DNA of 62,539 nt from Minisyncoccota bacterium (GTDB taxonomy: Bacteria > Patescibacteriota > Minisyncoccia > Phycocordibacterales > UBA9973): positions 1 through 62,539 of the forward strand of contig JBAYLA010000005.1 in assembly GCA_041664285.1 (NCBI GenBank). The letters are read 5' to 3'. Shown piece after piece: positions 62,441-62,539 of this stretch. The stretch's first letter is position 1, and every line of letters begins with the position of its first letter. The notes under the pieces are model-generated. The model saw only the letters and a program-made list of their open reading frames with translations, did not search any database and was not told the DNA's origin. Both the position numbers and the translations under genes were made by a program.

Positions 62441-62539
62441 ATAGATTATACTCTTTTAATCGGTATGATAAACACAAAAAACAGTTTAAGAAGGCGGTGC
62501 TAAAAAGCAGACTTTCTTTTGTCTGTTGGCCGCCTGAAA

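Noticed and set aside
1-62539. Alternative genetic code (UGA recoding, as in some CPR lineages).
   Set aside because: Housekeeping ORFs are full length under the standard code, and several end in TGA exactly where homologues end (tpiA at 8456-8458, argS at 20532-20534). This argues for code 11.
1-62539. tRNA, rRNA, tmRNA or RNase P genes in the longer non-coding gaps (27076-27233, 44226-44386, 48190-48555, 49414-49918, 54736-55281).
   Set aside because: I could not find cloverleaf-compatible segments with T-loop GTTCRANYC motifs or conserved RNase P/tmRNA signatures. The gaps are instead occupied by the repeat families described. A tRNAscan-SE/Infernal run would be decisive.

Overview
This is a visibly AT-rich, gene-dense bacterial segment read with the standard genetic code: long ORFs are intact and TGA, TAA and TAG all act as stops. 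From gene content I infer a small-genome Patescibacteria/CPR (Parcubacteria-like) organism. The supporting content is a type IV pilus block (pilB, pilC, four prepilin-like genes), a split ComEC, nucleotide-salvage and repair genes (tmk, dut, NUDIX, recJ, rnhA, recO, recA, ssb, Pif1-like helicase, tatD), tpiA-pgk, glyA, five aminoacyl-tRNA synthetases, ribosomal protein genes (rpsF-ssb-rpsR, rplJ-rplL), efp and ftsK. There is also a 49.9-60.9 kb cluster of large secreted Cys-rich proteins with peptidoglycan-binding domains. I recognise no rRNA, tRNA or CRISPR array. The observations most worth a second look are listed here.

1. ileS is one 1355-codon ORF. It carries an internal histidine-phosphatase domain and a C-terminal HD phosphohydrolase domain, sits behind a T-box leader, and contains an in-frame GC-rich palindromic insert.
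2. Several families of GC-rich palindromic or structured repeats populate intergenic regions. Some also sit in frame inside coding sequence, in ileS and in a prepilin leader.
3. Two small GIY-YIG genes each lie exactly between the two arms of such a palindrome. 'Empty' short-loop versions of the same palindromes lie nearby.
4. A five-copy, two-hairpin intergenic repeat has covarying stems and a conserved GNCG loop.
5. About 20 genes share a (TGn)TAnnAT element 5-8 nt upstream of the start codon with no Shine-Dalgarno sequence, which suggests leaderless mRNAs.
6. A secreted beta-helix ORF and a lipase-like ORF are separated only by a -1 frame change at a T6 run.

All functional calls rest on motif recognition by eye. 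No database search was run.
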